Shown: positions 48,601-57,029 of the stretch, piece after piece
How positions within the stretch are numbered: the first letter of the stretch is position 1
Layout: every line of letters begins with the position of its first letter
DNA from: a virus
Lineage: Duplodnaviria; Caudoviricetes
Direction: 5' to 3' (one strand)
DNA length: 60,992 bases
IMG/VR virus record: IMGVR_UViG_3300030202_000714
Coordinates: 1-60,992 of that record
The notes under the pieces: generated by a model
Databases searched by the model: none
What the model was told of the DNA's origin: nothing
The model's input: only the letters and a program-made list of their open reading frames with translations
Position numbers and translations under genes: made by a program

Positions 48601-51600
48601 ACAAGGTGAAGCTATTATGGCTGAGGCTGTAGGCATACCTGTTAGCAAATTAAAACCAGCTAACAACTTTAGTAAAGCTGATTTAGAAAAATCATCTAAG
48701 TTTATATTTGATTCTAAAACTTTATTTAGAAAGCTTATGCCAAAAGGCGCTGTACTAGAAGCTGCTTCAGATAAATTAATAGGTACATCAACTGGTGTTC
48801 AAAAATCTTTATTGAATGCTTATTATACTAAACAAGACAGAGCAGATAACTTATACCCACATGCTTTAGATAAATTAAATGATACTCAGTTTTTAGAAAA
48901 AGCTGGTATAGATCCAAAAACAGGTAAACCAATAAAAGGTTTATCACCTAGATCGGCTGAAGCACAGGTGCAAAAAGCTTTATTGAACATGGGTGATAAG
49001 TTAATTACAAACACTATAATTAAAGAACAACTAAAACAAATAGATGCTTCACCAAACGTTATTCAAGATGTAGCCGCGGGTACTCAAGAAATACAACTTA
49101 GTAAAACAAGTATAGATTTAGCTAATGAATTTGATTTAATAAATACATATCCTGGTGTGCGTGAAAATGCTGCAAAAAGTATAGATGCTGGTATTTTAGC
49201 TTCTGATTTTTATTTTGATGGCTTTTATAAATATATATATCCTGTTTTTGAAAAAAATCACCCAGGACTACTAACAGCTGGTGAGGCTTATAACGGTATT
49301 AATTTAAGAAACTATAAACCGGTTTTATATTATTTACGAGAAAAGTTTAAAAGTATAAAATATTCAACGGGTAATTATCCTAAAAGAGATTTTGCTGAGT
49401 TTGTTGGTAAAACAGTAAAAGACATACAAAAAAATAAATCAAAAATACCTGAATATAATAAACAAGCAAGTATAAATTTTGATGCTTTTTGGAATAATAT
49501 TAATGAAATATTAGTTAAAAATCCTGAAGCACTTGGTGTTGTTTTACAATTTTTAGAAAACGCTATAAGCTCTAAAACACATCCACACAGAAATGGTGCA
49601 GAGTTTATGTATTACGATCAGACTAACACTGGTAATGTTTATTTAGAACACGCTTTACAAAATAAAAACGCTTACGTTACTTTGATACGTTCTATTATGA
49701 ATCCAGATCAAAACTTTCAATCTACATTAGCTGCTGTAAAAAAGAACTATAAGCTTATTGGTATAACTTATGCTGATAACAAAAGTCTAGATAATAGTGA
49801 TTTAAAAAACAATATGGATCTTACTGGTGAGTGGAACGTGTTTGATAATAACTGGTTTGAAAGATATTTTAATGAAACGATGGCTGCGTTAGGTTTTGTA
49901 GGTACAGAAAATTTAATAAATGCAGAAACAGGTAAATCATTTTTAGAAGAGTTCAATATAAACAACGAGGGTTTAAAAATATCACCTCAGTTACAATTAT
50001 CTATAAACGAGGTTAATAAAAATAGTAAAATATTAGAAGCTAAACAACAAGGTAGATTAAAAAACAAACCTGAAAAAGGTATCAGTGTATTTGACTTTGA
50101 TGACACTTTAGCTCAAACAAACAGTCAAGTTATAGTAACTATGCCTGATGGTAGTACTAATAAAATAAATGCTACTGAGTTTGCTTTACAGTCTGCAGAT
50201 CTTGAAGCGGCTGGAGCTGTATTTGATTTTAGTGAGTTCAATAAAATTATTGATGGTAAGAAAGGTCCTTTATTTGAACTAGCATTAAGAAGACAAGATA
50301 AGTTTACTAGCAAAGACATATTTGTACTAACAGCAAGACCACAAGAAGCAGCTTATGCAATACATGCTTTTTTAAAAGGTATAGGATTAGAAATACCTAT
50401 AGAAAATATAACTGGCTTAGAAGATGGTAGACCTCAAGCAAAAGCTGACTGGATTATAGATAAAGCAGCTGAAGGTTATAATAATTTTTATTTTGCTGAT
50501 GATGCTTATAAAAACGTAAAAGCAGTACAAGATGTTTTAAATCAAATAGATGTTAAATCCGACGTGCAACAAGCTAAGATACAGTTTAGTTTAGGTGAAG
50601 GTTTTAATAACATATTAGAGCAAACAAAAGGCATAGAAGCACAAAAAGTATTTTCTGATGCTGCTGCAAAATCAAGAGGTCGAGGTGCTGATAAGTTTAC
50701 TTTCTTTTTACCACCTTCAGCTGAAGACTTTGTTGGTCTTATATACAGCTTTTTAGGTAAAGGCAAACAAGGTGAAACTCAATTAAAATTCTTTGAAGAT
50801 AACTTAATAAAACCTTTTACTAGAGGTATACAGGAAATAAATAGTGCTAAAGAAGCTTATGCTAAAAACTACAGAGAGCTTGGTAAGTTTTATCCTCAAG
50901 TTAAAAAACTATTATCAAGAAAAACAGCTTATAATGATTTTACATATGACGCTGCTATTAGAGTTTATTTGTGGGATAAATTAGGTTATAAAATACCTGG
51001 TATATCAAAGACTGATCAAAAAAGATTATCAGAGATAGTAGCAGCTGATATTGATTTAAAAAGCTACGCTGAAGTATTAAACAATATTACTGGTAAGAAA
51101 AACTTTCCTGAACCAAGTGAAAACTGGGTGATAGGTACTATTGTATCTGATATAAATGATATAACTCAAAGAGTTGGTAGAAAAAAATATTTAGGTGACT
51201 TTATAGAAAACAAAAACGAAATATTTAGTAAAGATAACTTAAATAAAATCCAAGCTACATATGGTGATAATTTTAGAAGTGCGTTAGAAGACATATTATA
51301 TCGTATGGAAAACGGTACTAATAGACAAAGTGGTAACAATAAGCTTACAAACTCGTTTTTAAACTGGGTTAACAACTCTGTTGGTGCTATCATGTTTTTT
51401 AACTTTAGATCAGCGACTTTACAAACAATATCTTTATTTAACTTTATCAACTGGTCAGATAATAATCCAGTTAAGTTTGGTAAAGCTATATTAAATACAA
51501 AGCAATACGCTAAAGATTTTGCTATGATATTTAATTCAGACATGTTAAAACAAAGAAGAAGAGGTTTACAGACAGATGTAAACGAAGCTGAAATAGCACA

Positions 51601-52591
51601 AGCGATGAGTACATCTAATAACAAGCCAGCTGCTATATTAAGGTATTTATTACAAAAAGGTTTTATACCCACACAAATGGCTGATAGTTTTGCTATCGCT
51701 TCAGGTGGTGCTACGTTCTATAGAAATAGATTAAACACATACTTAAAACAAGGTTTAAATCAAAAACAAGCTGAAAACAAAGCTTTTGCTGATTTTGCCG
51801 ATGCTTCAGAAAAAGCACAGCAGTCAGCTAGACCTGATATGATCTCACAACAACAAGCAAGCCCATTAGGTAGATTAATATTAGCTTTTCAAAATACACC
51901 AATGCAGTATATGAGATTAACTAAAAAAGCTTTTCTTGATCTTAAAAATGGTAGAGGTGATTGGAAAACAAATGTTTCTAAAATAGCTTATTACGCAGCT
52001 ATACAAAATTTAATATTCTCTACACTATCTAACGCTATGTTTGGTATGTTGTTTGATGATACTGAAGAGGATATGTGGGATAAAAAGAAAGATAGAGTTG
52101 TTAATAACATGATGGATACTGTTTTAAGAGGTTCCGGTGTTTACGGTGCTATCGTCTCTACAATAAAAAATATGATAATGAGATTTTCATATGAAGCTGG
52201 TAAAGATAGAAATCCAGATTACACCTATGTATTAGTAGAAGGTTTAAATCTATCACCACCAGTTGGATCTAAAGCTAGAAAACTATACAACGCTTTACAG
52301 TCTTACAAGTTTGATGCTGATGAAATGAAAGAAGCAGGATTTAGTTTAGATAATCCTGGTTTATTAGCAATTGGTAATGTGTTGTCAGCTACGGCAAATA
52401 TACCTTTAGATAGAGCTGTAATGATATTAAACAATTTAAAAGAAGCTTCTAACAGTGAAAATGAAGCGTGGCAAAGAATAGCTATGGTATTAGGTTGGAA
52501 CACTTGGGATGTAGGTGTCGATCCTTATGAATCTAAAAGCCAAATAAGAAAAAAGAATACAAAAAGAATACAAAGAGTTAAGAAAAATTAA
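45653..52591 (+). CDS. Giant polyvalent ejection protein (2312 aa): zincin HExxH, sigma-like domain, HAD domain, helical C-terminus
   Basis: GAHELLH at 47603; PTAQGIARRY...GMLDVIRSY...PLSGYLN at about 48130-48335; VFDFDDTL/LTAR/FADD HAD motifs at 50080-50505; Gly/Ala hydrophobic segments near the N-terminus. Confidence 0.7.
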   Translation: MSDAKFMTRQYNVAGASYNITDKHQEMQDDYDEYLVEQERLEEEERRLHLEKTQKSLPKLYKYLVENGIYTKPFNNFTEQFYNEQSREKLHSYLQEQKAYTKGYEAFNEQFFSDDVEYYGDYSIDGSYTNNTIESDYSKSLAGIGHAIWGGAKQGYWRASSMDDIANVMEFNPEGITDEDISKFITAAEELEEMGGPSRVTKLWQKVYDEEMDKGTNGVVAWLRATEATGGVSYIAENFLASMGGMINFESAKAAVAGGATGAGGGFMVGGPKGAAVGGVAGAWGGVNAYNDALMSFKASLDEELQERGLPRNIENLRVLFRDEEFYDKARNQAVARGVAIGVIESVFTVAGGKGATAIIRSAPKTTVVRGSRIIPKASTIKASGVVGVSEVAGGMTGEAVGLKIQGKELDAGEIINEGVIGLGGAPVTGAVSLLSNVRKGEYSIDGKNVTPQQMQDIIDTATNEEVTAMDIVIKNDNELSQYVNKIQQETQLKASIDPRVTNKTDRDALFELERRALKFIGNDSSFAKSQLADIQSQIKDINSKYSRKGRKSKATLQNEADRSRVANAIKKRKAEEQARFAETGAKKLGLKTVAANTTKGLNKIIKDNKINLTKKQKSQLNLIGGFIDKGVIYINKEAAANTLQFNVGAHELLHGILNAKVKNQKALMNDIQRILPDNINAAIIKRMQDRGYERGKQHQEYLTVMSDMLNPNDKSAAAMEVKSLFKDKGIVDNIKQFIINILRRFGYKNIDFNKAEDVLKFMQEYTDSVKEGQISQALVDEIGPITAEQATLSEAQLSLNAVDSQLVNEIYREQGITDLSAFEMLNVLRPTAQGIARRYEQRPNYSEFADILVDEIQTGERGMLDVIRSYPEYVKKQQLKGKEPAPLSGYLNNAFSTKTGFKRYVEIADRILGKDEGSQFTTSIDDTTQQIADQPVETKKTKPVTKIDPRDIVKPKFKKAYNETVTLDNVDLENPSFKKIKGQGEAIMAEAVGIPVSKLKPANNFSKADLEKSSKFIFDSKTLFRKLMPKGAVLEAASDKLIGTSTGVQKSLLNAYYTKQDRADNLYPHALDKLNDTQFLEKAGIDPKTGKPIKGLSPRSAEAQVQKALLNMGDKLITNTIIKEQLKQIDASPNVIQDVAAGTQEIQLSKTSIDLANEFDLINTYPGVRENAAKSIDAGILASDFYFDGFYKYIYPVFEKNHPGLLTAGEAYNGINLRNYKPVLYYLREKFKSIKYSTGNYPKRDFAEFVGKTVKDIQKNKSKIPEYNKQASINFDAFWNNINEILVKNPEALGVVLQFLENAISSKTHPHRNGAEFMYYDQTNTGNVYLEHALQNKNAYVTLIRSIMNPDQNFQSTLAAVKKNYKLIGITYADNKSLDNSDLKNNMDLTGEWNVFDNNWFERYFNETMAALGFVGTENLINAETGKSFLEEFNINNEGLKISPQLQLSINEVNKNSKILEAKQQGRLKNKPEKGISVFDFDDTLAQTNSQVIVTMPDGSTNKINATEFALQSADLEAAGAVFDFSEFNKIIDGKKGPLFELALRRQDKFTSKDIFVLTARPQEAAYAIHAFLKGIGLEIPIENITGLEDGRPQAKADWIIDKAAEGYNNFYFADDAYKNVKAVQDVLNQIDVKSDVQQAKIQFSLGEGFNNILEQTKGIEAQKVFSDAAAKSRGRGADKFTFFLPPSAEDFVGLIYSFLGKGKQGETQLKFFEDNLIKPFTRGIQEINSAKEAYAKNYRELGKFYPQVKKLLSRKTAYNDFTYDAAIRVYLWDKLGYKIPGISKTDQKRLSEIVAADIDLKSYAEVLNNITGKKNFPEPSENWVIGTIVSDINDITQRVGRKKYLGDFIENKNEIFSKDNLNKIQATYGDNFRSALEDILYRMENGTNRQSGNNKLTNSFLNWVNNSVGAIMFFNFRSATLQTISLFNFINWSDNNPVKFGKAILNTKQYAKDFAMIFNSDMLKQRRRGLQTDVNEAEIAQAMSTSNNKPAAILRYLLQKGFIPTQMADSFAIASGGATFYRNRLNTYLKQGLNQKQAENKAFADFADASEKAQQSARPDMISQQQASPLGRLILAFQNTPMQYMRLTKKAFLDLKNGRGDWKTNVSKIAYYAAIQNLIFSTLSNAMFGMLFDDTEEDMWDKKKDRVVNNMMDTVLRGSGVYGAIVSTIKNMIMRFSYEAGKDRNPDYTYVLVEGLNLSPPVGSKARKLYNALQSYKFDADEMKEAGFSLDNPGLLAIGNVLSATANIPLDRAVMILNNLKEASNSENEAWQRIAMVLGWNTWDVGVDPYESKSQIRKKNTKRIQRVKKN

Positions 52592-52627
52592 AAACAAGTA
52601 ATATTAAAAGAATAAACCTACTTTACT

Positions 52628-53806
52628 ATGAAAAAACTATTATTGATTATAGCATTGCTAATTTCTAGCAATGTTCAAGCACAATTTTTAAAAGAAATAT
52701 ACAAAGACTTCCTTAAGTACGGTACGTTCTATGCTGCTGGTAATATAGAAAACGCACAAGCAGTACAACCAAACTATTTCATACGTACAAATCCTGATGA
52801 TTTTTATGGTATACCTCAAGTAGAGGATAGAGCTCAATACCACCCGTTTAATTATAGATATGGTATAGGTATACGTAAATTAGCTAGATTTGATTACGAG
52901 GTAAAACCTGGAACGTTTTGGACAGGTGATAACAAAAAAGAAAAACAAATAGGTTTGTCTGCACCTACATCAGCTGTAGAAGGTTTTGAGTACTTGTTAC
53001 ACTGGGAAAAAGAAAGACATAATGGTAAAGAGTTTAATAATAAAAGATTATTTGTTAGACATACTGGTGATTATCATATAGCTAAGTTTGAAGCTAGAGA
53101 AACTGGTAAAATAGATTTTGAATACATGTCTGGTGAATTAAGAGCCAGGTTACCTATTGGTAAGAAATTTAGTATATCTGCTGGCGCAATATATAGAACA
53201 CACCAACGTCCTTATGGTTATAACCCTGTAGAAATATGGTTAAACATGGAAGATGAAGATGGAGACGCATTAAATCCATGGTATAGCTTAGGGTATGAGT
53301 ATGGTTATCAAGACATATACTACGCACAAAATGATGAGTTTGGAAATAATGTTTATGATTGGTACTGGATAAATCAAGATGGAGTTGTTGTTGCTTATAC
53401 TGATCGTGACTTCAGAGACAGGATAATGCCTGGACTTATGAATCGATATAACCAAGAAGCATGGGCTGATTTAGATGCTTTCGCTGAGATTGCACCTATT
53501 GTCGGTTTTGACTTCTACCACTACAAAGCTAACTTTTGGATGCATGCTTATGGTAGTTGGATATTACCTTATCACAAATATGTACAAGGTAATGAGGACT
53601 TTAGTTATTTACATAGAAATAGCTGGGGTAAGGGTGGTCACAATGATTTGCTTGAAGGAGAGCAGTGGAGTGATTACCAAGCAGGTTTAGTATTTGGTGT
53701 AAAAATTAGTAAATCAATTGGTTTATTTATTGAAGGTGAATACACTAAATTCTGGGACTCAGAAATGTTTAACTCAAATTTCGGTATTAACTATACCTTT
53801 AGATAA
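52628..53806 (+). CDS. Secreted, probable outer-membrane beta-barrel protein
   Basis: Signal peptide MKKLLLIIALLISSNVQA; aromatic-rich alternating strands; C-terminus NFGINYTFR. Confidence 0.6.
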   Translation: MKKLLLIIALLISSNVQAQFLKEIYKDFLKYGTFYAAGNIENAQAVQPNYFIRTNPDDFYGIPQVEDRAQYHPFNYRYGIGIRKLARFDYEVKPGTFWTGDNKKEKQIGLSAPTSAVEGFEYLLHWEKERHNGKEFNNKRLFVRHTGDYHIAKFEARETGKIDFEYMSGELRARLPIGKKFSISAGAIYRTHQRPYGYNPVEIWLNMEDEDGDALNPWYSLGYEYGYQDIYYAQNDEFGNNVYDWYWINQDGVVVAYTDRDFRDRIMPGLMNRYNQEAWADLDAFAEIAPIVGFDFYHYKANFWMHAYGSWILPYHKYVQGNEDFSYLHRNSWGKGGHNDLLEGEQWSDYQAGLVFGVKISKSIGLFIEGEYTKFWDSEMFNSNFGINYTFR

Positions 53807-54114
53807 TGGAAGAAAAAATGCTATCAGAAAAATCTGAAGTAAAACTTGATATAAAAACATTAATAGGTATCGTAATAGGTATTGTAACTGTAGCAGGTAT
53901 ATGGTTTGATCTAACAGCTAAAATAAGTAACATAGAAAGTACATTAGTTAGATTAGAATACAACCAAACACTAAATGATGAGTTTAGAATCAAATGGCCT
54001 CGTGGTGAAATGGGTGCATTACCTGATGACGCAAAGCAAGATTTACGAATTGAATATTTACAGAAAGATGTAGAAAAATTACAGGCAATAATTGAAGAAT
54101 TAAAAGATAAATAA
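53806..54114 (+). CDS. Single-TM coiled-coil protein (paralog 1)
   Basis: LDIKTLIGIVIGIVTVAGIWFDL followed by a coiled coil. Confidence 0.65.
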   Translation: MEEKMLSEKSEVKLDIKTLIGIVIGIVTVAGIWFDLTAKISNIESTLVRLEYNQTLNDEFRIKWPRGEMGALPDDAKQDLRIEYLQKDVEKLQAIIEELKDK

Positions 54115-54115
54115 A

Positions 54116-54397
54116 ATGGCAAAGCAAATAGGTGAAGAAACCAAGGTAACGTTAGATTTAAAAACATTAGGCACTATAGCTGTCGGTATAGCCGCTTTAG
54201 TAGGTATGTGGTTTGCTTTGCAAGCTGATATAGCTCTTGCAAAAGAACTTCCAGCGCCTGTTATTGATAGAGTAGAATATGATCTAAAAGACGAATTAAT
54301 TCGTCAGACCATAATGGATACTCAAGATGATGTAGAAGAAATAAAAGAGAGTCTAGAAAAAATAGACGAAAGATTGTACGAACTACAAAAGAAATAA
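54116..54397 (+). CDS. Single-TM coiled-coil protein (paralog 2)
   Basis: LDLKTLGTIAVGIAALVGMWFAL followed by a coiled coil. Confidence 0.65.
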   Translation: MAKQIGEETKVTLDLKTLGTIAVGIAALVGMWFALQADIALAKELPAPVIDRVEYDLKDELIRQTIMDTQDDVEEIKESLEKIDERLYELQKK

Positions 54398-54399
54398 AA

Positions 54400-54810
54400 A
54401 TGAAATACTTAATATTACTCTTAATACCATTTATATCATTTTCACAAAGTGACGTTCCTGATGAATATTGGTTAGATGATTCAAATTTTGAAGATAGAAT
54501 AAATACCAATAACGCTTTTGGTGATGATGATGTTAAACCTGTTGTTATAGAGTTTTGGGCTAAGTTTAATGAAGCTAATTGTTTTGCTGAGTGGGAAGAG
54601 CTAGAAGACGCTGTTTATTATAGGGTTGACATAGCTAAAGCACCTGAAACTAAAAAGAAATATAGGGTTCGTATGGCACCCACAGTAATAATATTTAAAG
54701 ATGGTATAAAAGAAACTGTCTTTAAAGCTGGTTTAGATTTAATGCTACCAGCAGACTTAAACGATATTCAAGAAGCTATAAATGAAATTAATAACGCAAG
54801 TAAATTTTAA
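54400..54810 (+). CDS. Exported thioredoxin-fold protein lacking CxxC
   Basis: Signal peptide; PVVIEFWAKFN (cf. VLVDFWAxWCxxC), YRVDI, VRMAPTVIIFKDG. Confidence 0.7.
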   Translation: MKYLILLLIPFISFSQSDVPDEYWLDDSNFEDRINTNNAFGDDDVKPVVIEFWAKFNEANCFAEWEELEDAVYYRVDIAKAPETKKKYRVRMAPTVIIFKDGIKETVFKAGLDLMLPADLNDIQEAINEINNASKF

Positions 54811-55135
54811 ATTATGTGTCCTATTTGTAATGGGTATTGTGGGCTTTGCTAATGCTCAGATACCAAGAGATAAACAACTACATTTTGCCGCAGGTACTAT
54901 AGCCGGGAGTACTGGTTACACGTATGTTTGGCAAAAAACAAAAGATAAAAAGAAAGCTATGCTAGCAGGCATAGGTACAGCTATTTTAGCCGGTACAATA
55001 AAAGAATTAGTAGACTCTTCTCAATCAAACAATAGGTTTGATACAAAAGATCTAGCCGCGACAGCACTCGGCGGTATAACAGTGAGTGTTACAATTAATT
55101 TATTTAATAAAAAGAAGTATGTGGAAATTAACTAA
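54782..55135 (+). CDS. Membrane protein, YfiM/DUF2279-like
   Basis: DKQLHFAAG...KELVD...FDTKDLAATALGG. Confidence 0.55.
   Translation: MKLITQVNFKLCVLFVMGIVGFANAQIPRDKQLHFAAGTIAGSTGYTYVWQKTKDKKKAMLAGIGTAILAGTIKELVDSSQSNNRFDTKDLAATALGGITVSVTINLFNKKKYVEIN
54814..54852 (+). CDS. Candidate 12-aa Cys-rich micropeptide MCPICNGYCGLC
   Basis: Starts 3 nt after the thioredoxin-like stop, in the same frame; TAA-ATT-ATG context; two CxxC motifs. Confidence 0.35.
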   Translation: MCPICNGYCGLC

Positions 55136-55343
55136 ACAATACTGGAAAGATATGTGGAAAGCTCTATGGAGCAAAACTACAATTGATGAGAAAGCTATAG
55201 CTACGCTAGCTGAAATAAAGAAAAGAAAAAAACTTACTGAGGCAGAAATAAAAGATGTCATTAGCGCTATAAAGCAGGTAGGTAATCAAATTGATGATAT
55301 ACCCGGAGCTTTAAAAGGTAACGCTAGAAAAGGTAGAAAATAA
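55119..55343 (+). CDS. Basic helical hypothetical protein
   Basis: Likely start MWKLTKQYWKDMW (ATG at 55119). Confidence 0.6.
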   Translation: MWKLTKQYWKDMWKALWSKTTIDEKAIATLAEIKKRKKLTEAEIKDVISAIKQVGNQIDDIPGALKGNARKGRK

Positions 55344-55804
55344 TGGATAAAATAAGTAAACACGTAAGTTACCGCGAAGGTGTGTATAGCAGAACAGCAG
55401 AGAGGCTTGGATTAAAAAACGATCCCTCTGATGATCATTTAGCTAACATGAAGCTTATTGCAGAAAAAGTATTTGAACCTCTTAGAATACACGTAGGAGG
55501 TCCTATAAAGATCAATTCGTTTTATCGTGGACCAGAACTTAATGCTGCTATTGGTGGATCATCTAAGTCACAACATTGCCACGGGCAAGCTATTGATATT
55601 GATGATACATATGGTCACGCTTCTAATGCTGAAATGTATAACTGGATTAAAGCTAATTTAGATTATGATCAGATGATATGGGAATTTGGTACAGATGAAA
55701 ACCCTAACTGGGTACACGTAAGTTATGTAAACGCAGAAGCAAACAGAAACAGGTGTTTAAAAGCTTATAAAGATAATGGTAAAACTAAATACATGGTAAT
55801 ATGA
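55343..55804 (+). CDS. Endolysin, peptidase M15 family
   Basis: SFYR...N..IGG...SQH..GQAID and WVHVSY zinc-ligand motifs. Confidence 0.9.
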   Translation: MDKISKHVSYREGVYSRTAERLGLKNDPSDDHLANMKLIAEKVFEPLRIHVGGPIKINSFYRGPELNAAIGGSSKSQHCHGQAIDIDDTYGHASNAEMYNWIKANLDYDQMIWEFGTDENPNWVHVSYVNAEANRNRCLKAYKDNGKTKYMVI

Positions 55805-56241
55805 ACAGATATGATATAAAACAATACGAATCAGCTATAACAAAAGCTTTTCTAGTTTTTTTAGGAGTAGTTTTTATGTTATTGTGTTACGCTTGTTCAC
55901 CATATTATTATCAAAGTAAAGGACCTGAAATAACACATGTATTAGCTTTGACAAAAGAAGGCGATACATTAAAAATACCTATTAAAGATATAAAACCAAA
56001 TGTAGTATATAATGTAATCGGATATGATTGGTATCATGTGCCATCTGGATATTATAACAGATGGAACAATCCATATTATCACCCACATTTGTATAATCCA
56101 CCTAAACCTATATATAATGGTAATAGTAATTATAATAATAACAATAATAACAATACGCCAAATATTACAACGCCCACAATCAAACCGGGAGGATCGGTAG
56201 TTACACCACCATCTACACCAGTTAATCCTAGAAAAAATTAA
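55801..56241 (+). CDS. Probable lipoprotein with Pro/Asn-rich tail (spanin-like candidate)
   Basis: Hydrophobic segment ending LCYAC (lipobox-like); follows the endolysin. Confidence 0.5.
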   Translation: MNRYDIKQYESAITKAFLVFLGVVFMLLCYACSPYYYQSKGPEITHVLALTKEGDTLKIPIKDIKPNVVYNVIGYDWYHVPSGYYNRWNNPYYHPHLYNPPKPIYNGNSNYNNNNNNNTPNITTPTIKPGGSVVTPPSTPVNPRKN

Positions 56242-56243
56242 TT

Positions 56244-56534
56244 ATGTACGTACAAAAAAATAATCCTTTTAAAGTAACAAGCTGTGGTAGACGTAGAACG
56301 TTTATGCAAGATGGTGGCAAGTCTCCTTTTAAAAGAACAGCTAAAAGCTGGACACAAAAAGATAGAGATGAATACAATAGAGAAACGGGTAGTAATTTAA
56401 AACCACCTCAACCACAAGGTGGATCGCGTAGGGATAGTTATTGCGCTAGATCTGCTGGTATAAAAAAATGTAAAAATCCAGATAAAAATGGCGATTGTCC
56501 AAATGACATTGCTAGAAGAAAATGGAACTGTTAA
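56244..56534 (+). CDS. Small basic protein
   Basis: NLKPPQP..G.RRDSYCARS...ARRKWNC mini-domain preceded by KSPFK. Confidence 0.65.
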   Translation: MYVQKNNPFKVTSCGRRRTFMQDGGKSPFKRTAKSWTQKDRDEYNRETGSNLKPPQPQGGSRRDSYCARSAGIKKCKNPDKNGDCPNDIARRKWNC

Positions 56535-56544
56535 ATAAATAATT

Positions 56545-56781
56545 ATGGGAAAAAAAGGATTGTGGGCAAATATGCACGCTAAAAGAAAAAGGGGTGAAGC
56601 ACCGGCAAAACCTGGTGATAAAGATTACCCAACAGACAAAGCTTTAAAAGACTCAGCTGCTAAAATGAAGTCTCCATTTAAAATGACACCTAGTCCTTCA
56701 GCATTAAAATGTTGGAAAGGATTTGAAAGAGTACCTGGTACTAAAGAATATTCTGATGGTAGTTGTAGAAAAAAACAATAA
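56545..56781 (+). CDS. Small basic protein with two mini-modules
   Basis: GLWANMHAKRKRG and CWKGFERVPG modules separated by SAAKMKSPFK. Confidence 0.65.
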   Translation: MGKKGLWANMHAKRKRGEAPAKPGDKDYPTDKALKDSAAKMKSPFKMTPSPSALKCWKGFERVPGTKEYSDGSCRKKQ

Positions 56782-56784
56782 ATT

Positions 56785-57003
56785 ATGTGGGCACTATTTA
56801 AAGATAAAAACGAAATTAATGAAAAAAATGTTATAGGATTTATGTCATTTATAGTAATGACATTGTTTGCTATTGCAGATCTTGTAACTAGCTTTTTATT
56901 TGTAGATGGACAATTAGTAATAAATGAAGTAATATACAATTCATTTGTATGGGTTACACTAGGTTGCTTTGGAATATCTGCTTTTGAAAAAGTTAAGAAA
57001 TAA
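56785..57003 (+). CDS. Two-TM membrane protein, holin candidate
   Basis: Two hydrophobic helices and a basic C-terminus; last gene of the lysis block. Confidence 0.6.
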   Translation: MWALFKDKNEINEKNVIGFMSFIVMTLFAIADLVTSFLFVDGQLVINEVIYNSFVWVTLGCFGISAFEKVKK

Positions 57004-57027
57004 AAAAAGGGGCTTTCGCCCCTTTAA
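57004..57027. terminator. Bidirectional rho-independent terminator
   Basis: AAAGGGGC-TTTC-GCCCCTTT between convergent genes. Confidence 0.85.
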
Positions 57028-57029
57028 TT

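Noticed and set aside
50080-50110. DFDD as a possible virion RNA polymerase DxDxD catalytic motif (crAss-like)
   Set aside because: The context VFDFDDTL with downstream LTAR and FADD is a HAD signature; I saw no DFDID/DFDGD-type motif
56120-56156. (AAT)n microsatellite, and similarly (ACT)n near 8488-8518
   Set aside because: In-frame triplet runs encoding poly-Asn or poly-Thr linkers; no frameshift-type phase variation
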